This document shows, piece after piece, positions 42,669 to 52,363 of a stretch of DNA of 53,438 nucleotides (its first letter is position 1; each line of letters begins with the position of its first letter). The position numbers and the translations under genes are program-made. Where the stretch lies: contig JAZNBZ010000182.1 in assembly GCA_045587285.1 (NCBI GenBank), positions 1-53,438 on the forward strand, given 5' to 3'. Under the pieces are notes generated by a model that was given only the letters and a program-made list of their open reading frames with translations, did not search any database and was not told the DNA's origin. The stretch is from Candidatus Flemingiibacterium sp. (GTDB lineage Bacteria; Bacillota; Clostridia; Oscillospirales; CAG-272).

Positions 42669-43457
42669 GTGGACAACTACTTTAATATCTCATCGCGGCA
42701 CGAAATAAGAGCCGCAAATCACAATAATTTCGCAACTCCCACGCCGCATCCCGACAGAAATATGAATCAGCACGATTTCATCTATATGCTTGACGGCGAA
42801 TGGATAATCGGGCAGGAAGGCGAAGAATTTCACATAAAATCAGGCGACGTTCTCATCCTCGCAGCAAATCATTCGCACTACGGTATCAAGAACTGTACTG
42901 CGGGCACCAAAACGATGTATATCCACGCTATGTTTGACGGCGGTGACACGTGCGATAATCCCGAAAGTGACACTGTAATTCTCGACAGTCTTATAAAAGT
43001 CGGCGGCAATACCGCAGTCAAAAACATCTTCGAAAAGATCATTTACGCAAAATCCTCAAAAAACGAGCTTTTAGCCTCGGTTTATTTCGATACCCTACTC
43101 TGCGAGCTTCGCGCGTGTATGAAGAGAAGCAGCAGTAATCTCGCCGAGGATATACGCCAGCTTATAGTTTCATCGGAAAAGATACCTACAAACACAGAAA
43201 TCGCAAAAGCTTTAAGTGTGAGTGTAAAAACGGCGGAAAATACGTTCAAGGCGGCATACGGCACGACACTTCACAAATACGCTATCGAAGCGAAAATCGA
43301 AGAAGCGAAATTTTATCTTTCAAACTTTCCAAATATGAAGCTTTACGAAATTGCGCAAAACCTCGGTTTCTGCGACGAATTTCATTTAAGCCGCCATTTT
43401 AAAAATGCAGTTGGGTTAGCACCCGGGGAATACAGAAAAACAAAAGCAGGCTCGTAA
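42669..43457 (+). CDS. AraC family transcriptional regulator (cupin + HTH)
   Basis: The GTG at 42669 is 8 nt after GGAGG. C-terminus ...EIAKALSVSVKTAENTFKAAYGTTLHKYAIEAKIEEAKFYL...GFCDEFHLSRHFKNAVGLAPGEY. The longer track ORF (42210) is an antisense overlap artefact. Confidence 0.8.
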   Translation: MDNYFNISSRHEIRAANHNNFATPTPHPDRNMNQHDFIYMLDGEWIIGQEGEEFHIKSGDVLILAANHSHYGIKNCTAGTKTMYIHAMFDGGDTCDNPESDTVILDSLIKVGGNTAVKNIFEKIIYAKSSKNELLASVYFDTLLCELRACMKRSSSNLAEDIRQLIVSSEKIPTNTEIAKALSVSVKTAENTFKAAYGTTLHKYAIEAKIEEAKFYLSNFPNMKLYEIAQNLGFCDEFHLSRHFKNAVGLAPGEYRKTKAGS

Positions 43458-43468
43458 GCCTGCTTTTA
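43442..43468. terminator. Bidirectional terminator overlapping the AraC stop codon
   Basis: AAA-AGCAGGC-TCGTAA-GCCTGCT-TTTATT. Confidence 0.6.
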
Positions 43469-43479
43469 TTCTTTTAAGA

Positions 43480-45039
43480 TCATTTGTCCTCGTTGTCGCT
43501 TATTGCGATCTTTTTTTGTACTGTAACTTCTTTTTCGTAACAGGAGAAGATTGCCTCAACGTCAACCTTCTTCGGGCGCGGTGTAATAAGCGATACTATC
43601 GGAACCGCGATAAGACCGGCTACCATCGCGATAGCACCTGCGTTAATGGGAGATGCGATAAACGGCTTGGAGATAAATCCCATAAGCATATTCGAAACGG
43701 TAAGTCCAACGCCGATAACAAAGCTCGTCCACACGGACGCCGTGCTTATACGCTTCGAGTACAGACCGTACATAAACGGTGCAAGGAATGCACCTGCAAG
43801 CGCGCCCCACGAAATACCCATAAGCTGTGCGATAAACGTGCTCGACGACTTATACTGGAATATCGCAATAATCGCAGAGATGACGATAAATATCGCAATG
43901 AATATACGAATGGAAAGAAGCTGCTTCTTTTCGGTCATATTCTTTGAGATATTGCCCTTGATAAGGTCGAGCGTGATAGTCGAGCTTGAGGTAAGAACGA
44001 GGCTCGAAAGAGTGGACATCGACGCAGACAGCACGAGCACGATAACTATACCGATAAGAACGTCAGAAAGCGTTGACAGCATATTCGGAATTACGGAATC
44101 GTATATCAGTGCGCCACTCGCAGTTTTTTCAATGTCAAAGAGTCTGCCAAATCCGCCGAGGAAGTAGCAGCCGCCCGATACGACGACGGCAAATGCCGTG
44201 GAGATTATCGTGCCCTTGCTTATCGCCTTTTCGGACTTTATCGCGTAGAACTTCTGCACCATCTGCGGAAGTCCCCACGTGCCGAGAGAGGTAAGCACAA
44301 CGACACCGAGAAGTCCGAGCATATCGGGGCCGAACATCGACGTGAACGCGCCCTGCATACCCTCGGGAACGGAAGCGTCGGTGACGCCCGAGAGCTTGAT
44401 AACAGCCTCGGTAAAGCCGCCCTGTCCTGCGAGAACGGAGGCAATAACGGCGATGATTCCGACTATCATTATAATGCCCTGAATAAAGTCGTTAAGTGCC
44501 GTCGCCATATAACCGCCGATTATAACGTACACGCCCGTAAGCACCGCCATTACGATAACGCACACGTCGTAGTCGATGAACGGGAACGCCATACTGAAAA
44601 GTCTGGAAAGGCCGTTGTAGACCGACGCGGTGTAAGGAATTAAGAATATGAACGTAATAAGCGCGGCTGCTATCTTGAGCCCTTTTGAGCCAAAGCGCTT
44701 TTCAAAGAACTCGGGCATCGTCTTTGCACCGAGATGATGCGTCATAACGCGCGTGCGTCTGCCGAGCACCACCCAAGCAAGAAGGCTTCCGATAATGGCG
44801 TTGCCGAGTCCTATCCACGTCGCCGCCATACCGTACTTATATCCGAACTGTCCTGCATAGCCTACGAACACGACCGCCGAGAAGTAGGACGTGCCGTACG
44901 CAAACGCGGTAAGCCACGGGCCGACTGAGCGTCCGCCGAGCACGAAGCCGTTGACGTCGGTCGCCTTCTTGCGGCAATACACGCCGATAGCCACGGTAGT
45001 GGCGAAAAAGATAACGATCATCAGGATTTTTGCTAACAT
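43480..45039 (-). CDS. Sodium:solute symporter (SSS) family transporter
   Basis: 519 aa, ~13 TM segments, PutP/PanF-like sequence character. Confidence 0.8.
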   Translation of the reverse strand: MLAKILMIVIFFATTVAIGVYCRKKATDVNGFVLGGRSVGPWLTAFAYGTSYFSAVVFVGYAGQFGYKYGMAATWIGLGNAIIGSLLAWVVLGRRTRVMTHHLGAKTMPEFFEKRFGSKGLKIAAALITFIFLIPYTASVYNGLSRLFSMAFPFIDYDVCVIVMAVLTGVYVIIGGYMATALNDFIQGIIMIVGIIAVIASVLAGQGGFTEAVIKLSGVTDASVPEGMQGAFTSMFGPDMLGLLGVVVLTSLGTWGLPQMVQKFYAIKSEKAISKGTIISTAFAVVVSGGCYFLGGFGRLFDIEKTASGALIYDSVIPNMLSTLSDVLIGIVIVLVLSASMSTLSSLVLTSSSTITLDLIKGNISKNMTEKKQLLSIRIFIAIFIVISAIIAIFQYKSSSTFIAQLMGISWGALAGAFLAPFMYGLYSKRISTASVWTSFVIGVGLTVSNMLMGFISKPFIASPINAGAIAMVAGLIAVPIVSLITPRPKKVDVEAIFSCYEKEVTVQKKIAISDNEDK

Positions 45040-45044
45040 AAAAA

Positions 45045-45374
45045 TTTCCCCTTTCTTTGTCTCGGAAGGAAAATAAAAATCGCCCTTCCGCAGTTATTAC
45101 TGCAGAGGACGAGAATTCCCGTGTTACCACCTCTGTTCGCCTATGCCTCACGGCACAGACCTTACCAAGTACGGGCACAAGGCCGATACTCTTTGCCCGT
45201 AACGGGGGCCGCCGTCGACGCCTACTATACTGTTCGGGCCGCTGCTCTCGGGAAGTAATTCCGGTATCCTTAAAGACCGCGCCTCTCACCTGCCGGCAGC
45301 TCTCTGTGGTCCTGTAACACCGTCACGGCACACGCCGTTTCCCGGTCATCGCATTTGCGCGAATTTTATCGCGT
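45045..45374 (-). promoter_or_regulatory. T-box riboswitch leader
   Basis: The minus strand has the 5' GCGATGA K-turn motif and AGAGAG / GGTGAGAG elements. The T-box sequence is AACAGAGGTGGTAACACGGG (plus coordinates 45118-45139). A terminator hairpin CCTCTGCAG-TAATAA-CTGCGGAAGG with a U-rich tail follows. Confidence 0.75.
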
Positions 45375-45380
45375 TAATTC

Positions 45381-45409
45381 ATTTTAACACGCTTTTTGCA
45401 GTTTGTCAA
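45381..45409 (-). promoter_or_regulatory. Promoter TTGACA-17-TAAAAT for the T-box leader
   Basis: -35 at 45409-45404 and -10 at 45386-45381. Confidence 0.5.
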
Positions 45410-45517
45410 TACCTTTTTTTAAAATATTCCACGCAAAGCGAGGCTCTAATGTCCGAAATTTGAACACGAATGTCCCAAAACGCCCACGGTATATACGCCA
45501 AACAGCGGCATATCCTA

Positions 45518-45546
45518 TTGACATTTTTGTGCGATTTTGCTATAAT
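45518..45546 (+). promoter_or_regulatory. Consensus promoter TTGACA-17-TATAAT
   Basis: -35 at 45518-45523 and -10 at 45541-45546. Confidence 0.55.
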
Positions 45547-45585
45547 TATTTTGTAACGTAATGATATTATGGAGGGCGAAAACCA

Positions 45586-47628
45586 ATGAAAAAATTCAAA
45601 CGTACGGTATCTCTGTTGCTCTGTGCCATGATGATGCTGACGATGATCAACGTAATGGGAACAGTTGCATCGGGTGCCGAAACGTCGGCTGTAGTATGTA
45701 TTCTCACAAGCTATACGAAGGCAACTGAAAATCTCAGCATCTATGCCACTGACGACGTACCCGAGGGTACAACTCACAACTATGGCGCAGCTATAGGTAC
45801 ATATGCATTTGACGCGGTTGCAGGTGCACTCAGTTTAAAGAAGGGACCCGCAAGCTATAACGGCGGCTATTATCTCTTCCACGTAAAGCCCAAGGCAGGC
45901 GTGGTCGGCGACCGTCCGTGGATCGTAATAAGCTACAAGACCAACGCTGCCACATCTGCGGCTATGAAAATATCCAACAGCGCGACCGGCAGCACGGTAA
46001 CTCTTGCAAGCGACGTTTCCACATCTAACGGCGAGTACGTTTACTCTACTCCTATGAGCCTTGAGGCAAGCGGTATCCTTGAGAGATTCAACGCCGGCGC
46101 ACACTGTCCTCTTTTCGTCACCCTCCCCGCCGACACGTCCGATGACGTCTATTTCTATATCAACGAAATATCCTTCTTCCTTTCCGAGGAGGATGCTAAC
46201 AGCTATATCTCCACCGGCGTTCTTCCGACTTATCCCGAGGAGGAGCCGGAGCTTCCCGAGGTTCCCGATACCATGATATTCGGTCAGTTTAACGGCGGCA
46301 CCCATACTTACAACGATTTCACTATCGGCGCAAGCCTTTATCTGCCCAAGAATTATTCTCCTGAAAAGGAATACGGTCTTCTCGTTTATTTCCATAACGC
46401 AGGCGGTAGAGGAGCCGGTCCCTATTTCTCCTCCGGCACCGGTAACGTGCTGACCAAGGCAATAATCAATAAATCCGGCGACGAATTTATCGTATTCGCT
46501 CCCAGATGCCCCAAGGAGCCGCAGCAGTGGGCAAGCCCCAGCTGGGTTCCCGGTGTTTATAACTATGAAAGCACCAACATTTCCCCCGCCATGGATGCAG
46601 TTGTAAACTATATCTATGAAGAAATTATCGCTAAGTACAACGTTGATATGTCCCGCATCCTCGTCGGCGGCGACTCGATGGGCGGCGGCGGAACCTGGGA
46701 TATAATCCTTCGTGAGCCCGACCTCTTCGCAGCCGCACTTCCCGTTGCAGGCTACTGTGATCCGCTTCAGGCGGCGAATATCCGCGAGGACCTCGCTATC
46801 TGGGCAGTACACACTATGCAGGACAAGACCGTTAAGGTTATCGGCGACCGCGCTATGACCGCAGCGCTTAAGAACCTTGGCAGAACCAACGTAAGATACA
46901 CCGAATACGACAGCTCCGATCCCGTTACCAAGGCAAAGTTCCAGAACAGCTGGGACAGCAGTACTAACTGGGAGCACTGGGCTTGGGTGCCTGCATACGC
47001 TGACGCGGAAATCGTAGATTGGCTGCTTGCACAGAGGAAATCCGAAGCTCTCGCTCCACAGATAACCACGAGCTTTACCGACGTTGCTGACACCGCAGTC
47101 TATTATAAAGCTATCAATTACGTCACCGAAGAAGGGCTCTTCTACGGTACGTCCGAAACCGAGTTTGCTCCGAGCGACTCAATGACTCGCGAGCAGTTCG
47201 TAACCGTGCTCGGCAGATACGCGGGCGTTGACACGGCCGAATACACGGGCGTTTCCTTCGCTGACGTTGATGCAGGCGCGTACTATGCGCCTTACGTTGA
47301 ATGGGCGACCGAGAACGGTATAATCAAGGGCGTCGGCGCCGGCAGCTTCGGCGTTGGCAGTGCTATCACCGTTGAGCAGGCTTGCACGATAATCGCACGC
47401 TTCCTTGATTACAAGGCAGCTCCGTACGACACGCAGCTTACGCTCAGCAATTACAGCGACGGCGCGAATATCCACGACTGGGCAGCCGACGCTATGCAGT
47501 GGGCGCTTTCGAGCTCCGTTTATATGGGCACGCTCGAAAAGACCTCCGTCCTTGACGCTCAGGGCTCTGCGGCGCGTTCGCTCATCGCAACCATTTTCTA
47601 CAACGTAACGATGATCTACGGAAGATAA
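45586..47628 (+). CDS. Secreted alpha/beta-hydrolase (esterase) with extra N-terminal domain and three C-terminal SLH repeats
   Basis: Signal peptide. LVYFHNAGGRG and GDSMGGGGTWD (GxSxG). SLH repeats FTDVADTAVYYKAINYV..., FADVDAGAYYAPYVEWA..., YSDGANIHDWAADAMQWA... Confidence 0.8.
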   Translation: MKKFKRTVSLLLCAMMMLTMINVMGTVASGAETSAVVCILTSYTKATENLSIYATDDVPEGTTHNYGAAIGTYAFDAVAGALSLKKGPASYNGGYYLFHVKPKAGVVGDRPWIVISYKTNAATSAAMKISNSATGSTVTLASDVSTSNGEYVYSTPMSLEASGILERFNAGAHCPLFVTLPADTSDDVYFYINEISFFLSEEDANSYISTGVLPTYPEEEPELPEVPDTMIFGQFNGGTHTYNDFTIGASLYLPKNYSPEKEYGLLVYFHNAGGRGAGPYFSSGTGNVLTKAIINKSGDEFIVFAPRCPKEPQQWASPSWVPGVYNYESTNISPAMDAVVNYIYEEIIAKYNVDMSRILVGGDSMGGGGTWDIILREPDLFAAALPVAGYCDPLQAANIREDLAIWAVHTMQDKTVKVIGDRAMTAALKNLGRTNVRYTEYDSSDPVTKAKFQNSWDSSTNWEHWAWVPAYADAEIVDWLLAQRKSEALAPQITTSFTDVADTAVYYKAINYVTEEGLFYGTSETEFAPSDSMTREQFVTVLGRYAGVDTAEYTGVSFADVDAGAYYAPYVEWATENGIIKGVGAGSFGVGSAITVEQACTIIARFLDYKAAPYDTQLTLSNYSDGANIHDWAADAMQWALSSSVYMGTLEKTSVLDAQGSAARSLIATIFYNVTMIYGR

Positions 47629-47655
47629 TCAATATTTTTACGGAGGTAAAGATCA

Positions 47656-49152
47656 ATGAAAAACTTCAAACGCATACTGTCTCTTTCTATCTGCTGCGTA
47701 ATGATAGCTTCTTTGTTTGCCGTACTCCCCGTGAGAACGGCGGCGGCAGATGAAGAACTCGTAACCGGTCAGTTCGTAGCCGGCACGTACAGCTACGGAG
47801 AATCGTGGAGTATAGCAGAAGGTGCATACGTTCCATTCACCATCGGTACGAGCTTATACCTTCCCAAGGATTACTCCCCCGAAAAGGAATACGGTCTGCT
47901 CGTCTACTTCCACAACGCAGGCGGCAGAGGCGAGGGCGCTTCCTATTCCAGCGGCAAGGGCAACACTCTTACCACCAACGTTATAAACAAATCCGGCGAC
48001 GAGTATATCATCTTCGCGCCAAGATGCCCTAAGGAGCCCGAGCAGTGGGTATCGTCCACCTGGGTGCCCGGCGTTTACAACTACGACAGCACTAAGGTTT
48101 CCCCCGCAATGGACGCGGTTATTAACTACATTTACGAGGAAATTCTCGCAAAGTATAGCGTTGATACGTCCAGAATCGTCGTTGCCGGCGACTCTATGGG
48201 CGGCGGCGGAACGTGGGATATAATCCTTCGTGAGCCCGACCTCTTCGCGGCGGCACTTCCCGTTGCAGGCTATCCCGATCCCCTTCAGGCGGCGAATATC
48301 CGCGAGGACCTCGCAATTTGGGCCGTACACACTATGCAGGATAAAACCGTAAACGTCAGAGGCGACCGCGCTATGACCGCAACGCTCAAGAATCTCGGCA
48401 GAACCAATATAAAATACACCGAATACGACACCTCCGATGCGGCTACCAAGGCAAAATTCAACGGAAGCTGGAACAGCAGCACGAACTGGGAGCATTGGGC
48501 TTGGGTGCCTGCATACGCTGACGCGGATATGGTAAATTGGCTGATCTCGCAGAGAAAGGCTGAGGGTACTACCGCAAAGGTCGAGTCCAAGTTTGAGGAC
48601 ATCGAGGACAGCGCAACCTATTGCAAGGCTGTAAACTACGTTACCGAGGCAGGTCTTTTCTACGGTATGTCCGAAACTGAATTTGCGCCCACGAAGTCTA
48701 TGACTCGCGCGCAGTTCGTTACCGTGCTCGGCAGATACGCAGGCGTTGACGTCACTGAATATACCGACGTGACCTTCACCGACGTTGATCCCGTTTACGG
48801 CTCGTGGTATGCGCCCTACGTTGATTGGGCGACCAAGAACGGCATCATTCAGGGTATGGGCGACGGCACCTTCGGCGTAAACAAAAACATTACCATCGAG
48901 CAGGCTTGCGCCATACTTGCAAGATTCCTTGAATACAAGGAGGCTCCGAACAACACCCAGCTCACTCTCGATGCATACAGCGACGTAACGGTCATAAGCG
49001 ACTGGGCAACCGAATCCCTTGAATGGGCTATAGAAAACTCGGTTTATATGGGAACTCTCGGCTCTACGAGAATGCTCCGCTCCAGAAATCCTGCCGCGCG
49101 CTCGCTTATCGCAACTATGTTCTATAACGTAACCACGATCTACGGCAAATAA
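47656..49152 (+). CDS. Secreted alpha/beta-hydrolase (esterase) with three SLH repeats, paralogue of the upstream gene
   Basis: Same catalytic and SLH modules. Lacks the ~200-aa N-terminal domain. Confidence 0.8.
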   Translation: MKNFKRILSLSICCVMIASLFAVLPVRTAAADEELVTGQFVAGTYSYGESWSIAEGAYVPFTIGTSLYLPKDYSPEKEYGLLVYFHNAGGRGEGASYSSGKGNTLTTNVINKSGDEYIIFAPRCPKEPEQWVSSTWVPGVYNYDSTKVSPAMDAVINYIYEEILAKYSVDTSRIVVAGDSMGGGGTWDIILREPDLFAAALPVAGYPDPLQAANIREDLAIWAVHTMQDKTVNVRGDRAMTATLKNLGRTNIKYTEYDTSDAATKAKFNGSWNSSTNWEHWAWVPAYADADMVNWLISQRKAEGTTAKVESKFEDIEDSATYCKAVNYVTEAGLFYGMSETEFAPTKSMTRAQFVTVLGRYAGVDVTEYTDVTFTDVDPVYGSWYAPYVDWATKNGIIQGMGDGTFGVNKNITIEQACAILARFLEYKEAPNNTQLTLDAYSDVTVISDWATESLEWAIENSVYMGTLGSTRMLRSRNPAARSLIATMFYNVTTIYGK

Positions 49153-49161
49153 TGAATATCG

Positions 49162-49192
49162 GCTCGCCGCGTTTGACGCGGCGAGCTTTTTT
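49162..49192 (+). terminator. Intrinsic terminator
   Basis: GCTCGCCGCG-TTTGA-CGCGGCGAGC followed by TTTTTT. Confidence 0.75.
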
Positions 49193-49194
49193 CA

Positions 49195-49223
49195 TTGACA
49201 AACGCGAGACGATGTGTTATACT
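49195..49223 (+). promoter_or_regulatory. Promoter TTGACA-17-TATACT
   Basis: -35 at 49195-49200 and -10 at 49218-49223. Confidence 0.5.
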
Positions 49224-49256
49224 TACGTTATACGTTACACCAAAGGAGGCAGAAGC

Positions 49257-50060
49257 TTGACGGATTTGGAAACCGCATTCCCCGAAAAAGCACCATCTAA
49301 AGGAAGCCTTGTAGATAACATTCTTCGCATCGCGCTTGACATCGGCGAGGGACTTCTCACCAACGGCGCCGACGTGCACCGCGTCGAGATCGCGATTGAA
49401 AAAATAAGCCGCGCGTACGGAGCAAGACACGTTGACGTGTTTAGTATACACTCGCTAATCCTCGTGGCACTTTATATGCCCGACGGCACGCACTCCACGC
49501 AGTCAAGGCGAATAATCGACACCAGCAACAACATAACGAAGCTTGAGATGTATAACGCCCTCTCTCGCGAGATATGTGAAACCACGCCCTCAATAGACGT
49601 TGTTGACAAAAAAATCCGCGAGATAAAGAAGGAGCGTATCTACCCCTTCTATCTCACGGTAATTGCATATTTTCTCGCCGCGGGAAGCTTTGCGATATTC
49701 TTCGGCGGATCGCTTTTTGACGGTTTAGCATCAGGCTGTATCGGCATAGTTATGGCACTCGTTGAGAAAATAAGGATCGAGCAGGTGAACAAGATGGTTA
49801 AGATCTCGCTCGTGTCCTTTTTCGCAGGTATTTTGTCCTGCCTTTGCGTGCGCATAGGCTTCGGCGATAATCTTGATATGATAATCATTGGCACGATAAT
49901 GCTGCTCATTCCCGGAGTATCGTTTGGAAACTCTATGCGCGACCTGCTCAGCGGCGACACGCTTACGGGAACTATCAAGGTGGTTCAAGCGATAATAACC
50001 GCTGTTATGATGGCGCTTGGCTACGCGCTCTCACTTTTGCTTGTGGGAGGTGGTCTGTAA
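49257..50060 (+). CDS. Threonine/serine exporter family protein (ThrE, DUF1212 part)
   Basis: The TTG at 49257 is 7 nt after AAGGAGG. ...LDIGEGLLTNGADVHRVEIAIEKISRAYG... is family-typical. Confidence 0.7.
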   Translation: MTDLETAFPEKAPSKGSLVDNILRIALDIGEGLLTNGADVHRVEIAIEKISRAYGARHVDVFSIHSLILVALYMPDGTHSTQSRRIIDTSNNITKLEMYNALSREICETTPSIDVVDKKIREIKKERIYPFYLTVIAYFLAAGSFAIFFGGSLFDGLASGCIGIVMALVEKIRIEQVNKMVKISLVSFFAGILSCLCVRIGFGDNLDMIIIGTIMLLIPGVSFGNSMRDLLSGDTLTGTIKVVQAIITAVMMALGYALSLLLVGGGL

Positions 50061-50530
50061 TGTCAGAGCCTGTTGCAATTGCAGTACGCCTTATTATGGC
50101 GGTGCTCGGCACTGTAGGCTTCGCTATGATATACCGCGTCAGCAAAAAGAGAATGCCCTTCGCCGCGCTCGGCGGACTTCTCACGTATGCCGTCTACGAG
50201 CTCGTTACACAGCTCGGCGGAGCGGCGTTTATCGCCGCACTTTTGTCCGCGATGTTTATGACGCTTTACTCCGAGTCGCTCGCGCGTATTATTCACGCGC
50301 CCGCGGTAACGTTCCTATTTCCGTGCTGTATCCCGATAGTCCCCGGCGGCGCGCTTTACAGAACGGTCTATAACCTGCTTTTCTACAACGAGGAAAAGCT
50401 GTTCTATTACGGTAAGACCGCTCTTGGAGTAGCCCTCGGTATGGCAGTCGGAATGGGTGCCGCGTCCATAATCGTGAGCATTGTATATAACCCTAAAAGA
50501 GCAAAAAATAACAGTAGGAGCCACCCGTAA
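50060..50530 (+). CDS. Threonine/serine exporter family protein (ThrE_2, DUF3815 part)
   Basis: 156 aa, 4-5 TM segments, ATGT overlap with the upstream gene. Confidence 0.7.
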   Translation: MSEPVAIAVRLIMAVLGTVGFAMIYRVSKKRMPFAALGGLLTYAVYELVTQLGGAAFIAALLSAMFMTLYSESLARIIHAPAVTFLFPCCIPIVPGGALYRTVYNLLFYNEEKLFYYGKTALGVALGMAVGMGAASIIVSIVYNPKRAKNNSRSHP

Positions 50531-50547
50531 ACGGGCGGCTCTTTTGT

Positions 50548-51180
50548 TTACAGTCGTATAAAATTCGTTCTCGCCTTAGGCTCGCGTTCGGGAACGGTAA
50601 CCCCCGCCGCCTTGCCTGCCTCGATAGATTTTAGCATCCACGCCATATTGTCGGCAAGCGTACGCATCGTCTGCATACCCTCAAGGTCTGCCTTTACCTC
50701 CTCGGGCGTGTTGCCGTGCACCTGATTCCAATACTGCGAGGTAACGAGCGGCATATTGCATATCTGGAAGAACTTATTGAGCGATTCAAACGCCGCCGAA
50801 GCGCCGCCGCGTCTGCAGGATACTATCGCCGCGCCGGGCTTGTTTTGCATCTTCGATGAATAGCTGTAGAAAAATCTGCCCATAAAGCTCGTTATCTGTC
50901 CCGATGCGCCTGCGTAATGTACGGGAGAGCCGACGATAATTCCGTCGCATTCGTCCATAACGTTCTGCGCCTTCTCAACGACGTCGCCCGTGTAGACGCA
51001 GTGCGTTTTGCCGGCTCTGTAGCAGCCTCCGCAGCCCATACAGCTTTTTATAGGCTCCGTGCCGAGCCAAAGAAGCTCTGACTCAATTCCGTTTTTTGAA
51101 AGCTGGGATGCAATCTCGGAAAGCGCGGTATAGGTACACCCGTGCTCGTGCGGACTTCCGTTTATAAGTAATACCTTCAT
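50548..51180 (-). CDS. Flavodoxin-fold NAD(P)H-dependent FMN reductase / iron-sulfur flavoprotein-like
   Basis: MKVLLINGSPHEHGCTYTAL plus the Cys cluster CMGCGGCYRAGKTHC. Confidence 0.75.
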   Translation of the reverse strand: MKVLLINGSPHEHGCTYTALSEIASQLSKNGIESELLWLGTEPIKSCMGCGGCYRAGKTHCVYTGDVVEKAQNVMDECDGIIVGSPVHYAGASGQITSFMGRFFYSYSSKMQNKPGAAIVSCRRGGASAAFESLNKFFQICNMPLVTSQYWNQVHGNTPEEVKADLEGMQTMRTLADNMAWMLKSIEAGKAAGVTVPEREPKARTNFIRL

Positions 51181-51341
51181 AAATATCCTCCTTAAAGGTG
51201 TATTATAAATATATTTTACTCCCCTATTCTTTTTTTGTCAAGACCTTGACATCGACGGGCGAATATATTATAATATAATTGTATTATTATGTATATTCAA
51301 TAACCCCGAAAGGAATGCTCCAAGGAGCACAGGTAAACGTT

Positions 51342-52304
51342 ATGTATTATATAGGCATCGACCTTGGCGGCACGAATATTGCCGTTGGTATAGTTGACTC
51401 TGACTACAAGATGGTCATAAAGGGCAGCGTGCCCACGAGGGCACAGCGCGCCCCCGAGCTTATCATCAAGGATATGGCAAACCTCTGCGCGAAGCTCGTT
51501 GCTGACGCAGGGCTCACCTTTGACGACATCGCATACGCAGGTATCGCCGCTCCCGGCTCCGTTGACCCCGAAAACGGCACGGTTGTTTATGCAAACAACC
51601 TTCCCTTCGCCAACTTTGAGATCGCCGCTATCCTGAAAAGCTACATCCCTCTCAAAGCAGTATATCTCGAAAACGACGCTAACGCGGCGGCGCTCGGCGA
51701 GGCTGTCGCAGGTGCGGCACGCGGCGTGAAGCACGCTATTATGATAACCCTCGGCACGGGTGTCGGCGGCGGTATCGTAATTGGCGGCAAGCTTTACTCC
51801 GGCTTTAACTATGCAGGCGCAGAGCTCGGTCACACCGTTATCGAAAAGGACGGCAGGCCTTGTACCTGCGGACGCAAGGGCTGCTTTGAGGCGTATAGCT
51901 CCGCTACCGCGCTTATCACTATGACTAAGGAAAAGCTTGACGAGTGTGCAAAGAGCGGACGCGAAACGCTTATGAGCGCTATGGTTGCCGCAGACGGCAA
52001 GGTAAGCGGTAAGACCGCCTTCTCCGCTATGAAGAAAGGCGACGCGGCGGCGAAAGAGGTCGTTGACACGTACATAAGCTACCTCGGCTGCGGTCTTGTA
52101 AATATGGCTAACATATTCCAGCCCGAGGTTCTCGTAATCGGCGGCGGTATCTGCAACGAGAAGGAATATCTTACGAATCCGCTCAATGAAATTCTGAAGA
52201 AGGAGATCTACGGCGGCGAGTATCTTAAAAAGGCACCCAAGCTTAAAATTGCCGAGCTTGGCAACGATGCCGGTATCATCGGCGCGGCTGTACTCGGTCT
52301 GTAA
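51342..52304 (+). CDS. ROK family glucokinase
   Basis: MYYIGIDLGGTNIAVG...GAELGHTVIEKDGRPCTCGRKGCFEAY (ROK zinc motif). Confidence 0.85.
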   Translation: MYYIGIDLGGTNIAVGIVDSDYKMVIKGSVPTRAQRAPELIIKDMANLCAKLVADAGLTFDDIAYAGIAAPGSVDPENGTVVYANNLPFANFEIAAILKSYIPLKAVYLENDANAAALGEAVAGAARGVKHAIMITLGTGVGGGIVIGGKLYSGFNYAGAELGHTVIEKDGRPCTCGRKGCFEAYSSATALITMTKEKLDECAKSGRETLMSAMVAADGKVSGKTAFSAMKKGDAAAKEVVDTYISYLGCGLVNMANIFQPEVLVIGGGICNEKEYLTNPLNEILKKEIYGGEYLKKAPKLKIAELGNDAGIIGAAVLGL

Positions 52305-52363
52305 TTAAAACCCGTCGGACGAGAGGACACGGATGCGCGTTCCCCTCGTCCGCCTATTATGTG

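Noticed and set aside
45835-48495. Long minus-strand ORFs (45835-46977, 380 aa; 47854-48495, 213 aa)
   Set aside because: They are antisense shadows of the two SLH esterase genes. They have no motifs and duplicate each other only because the sense genes are paralogues.
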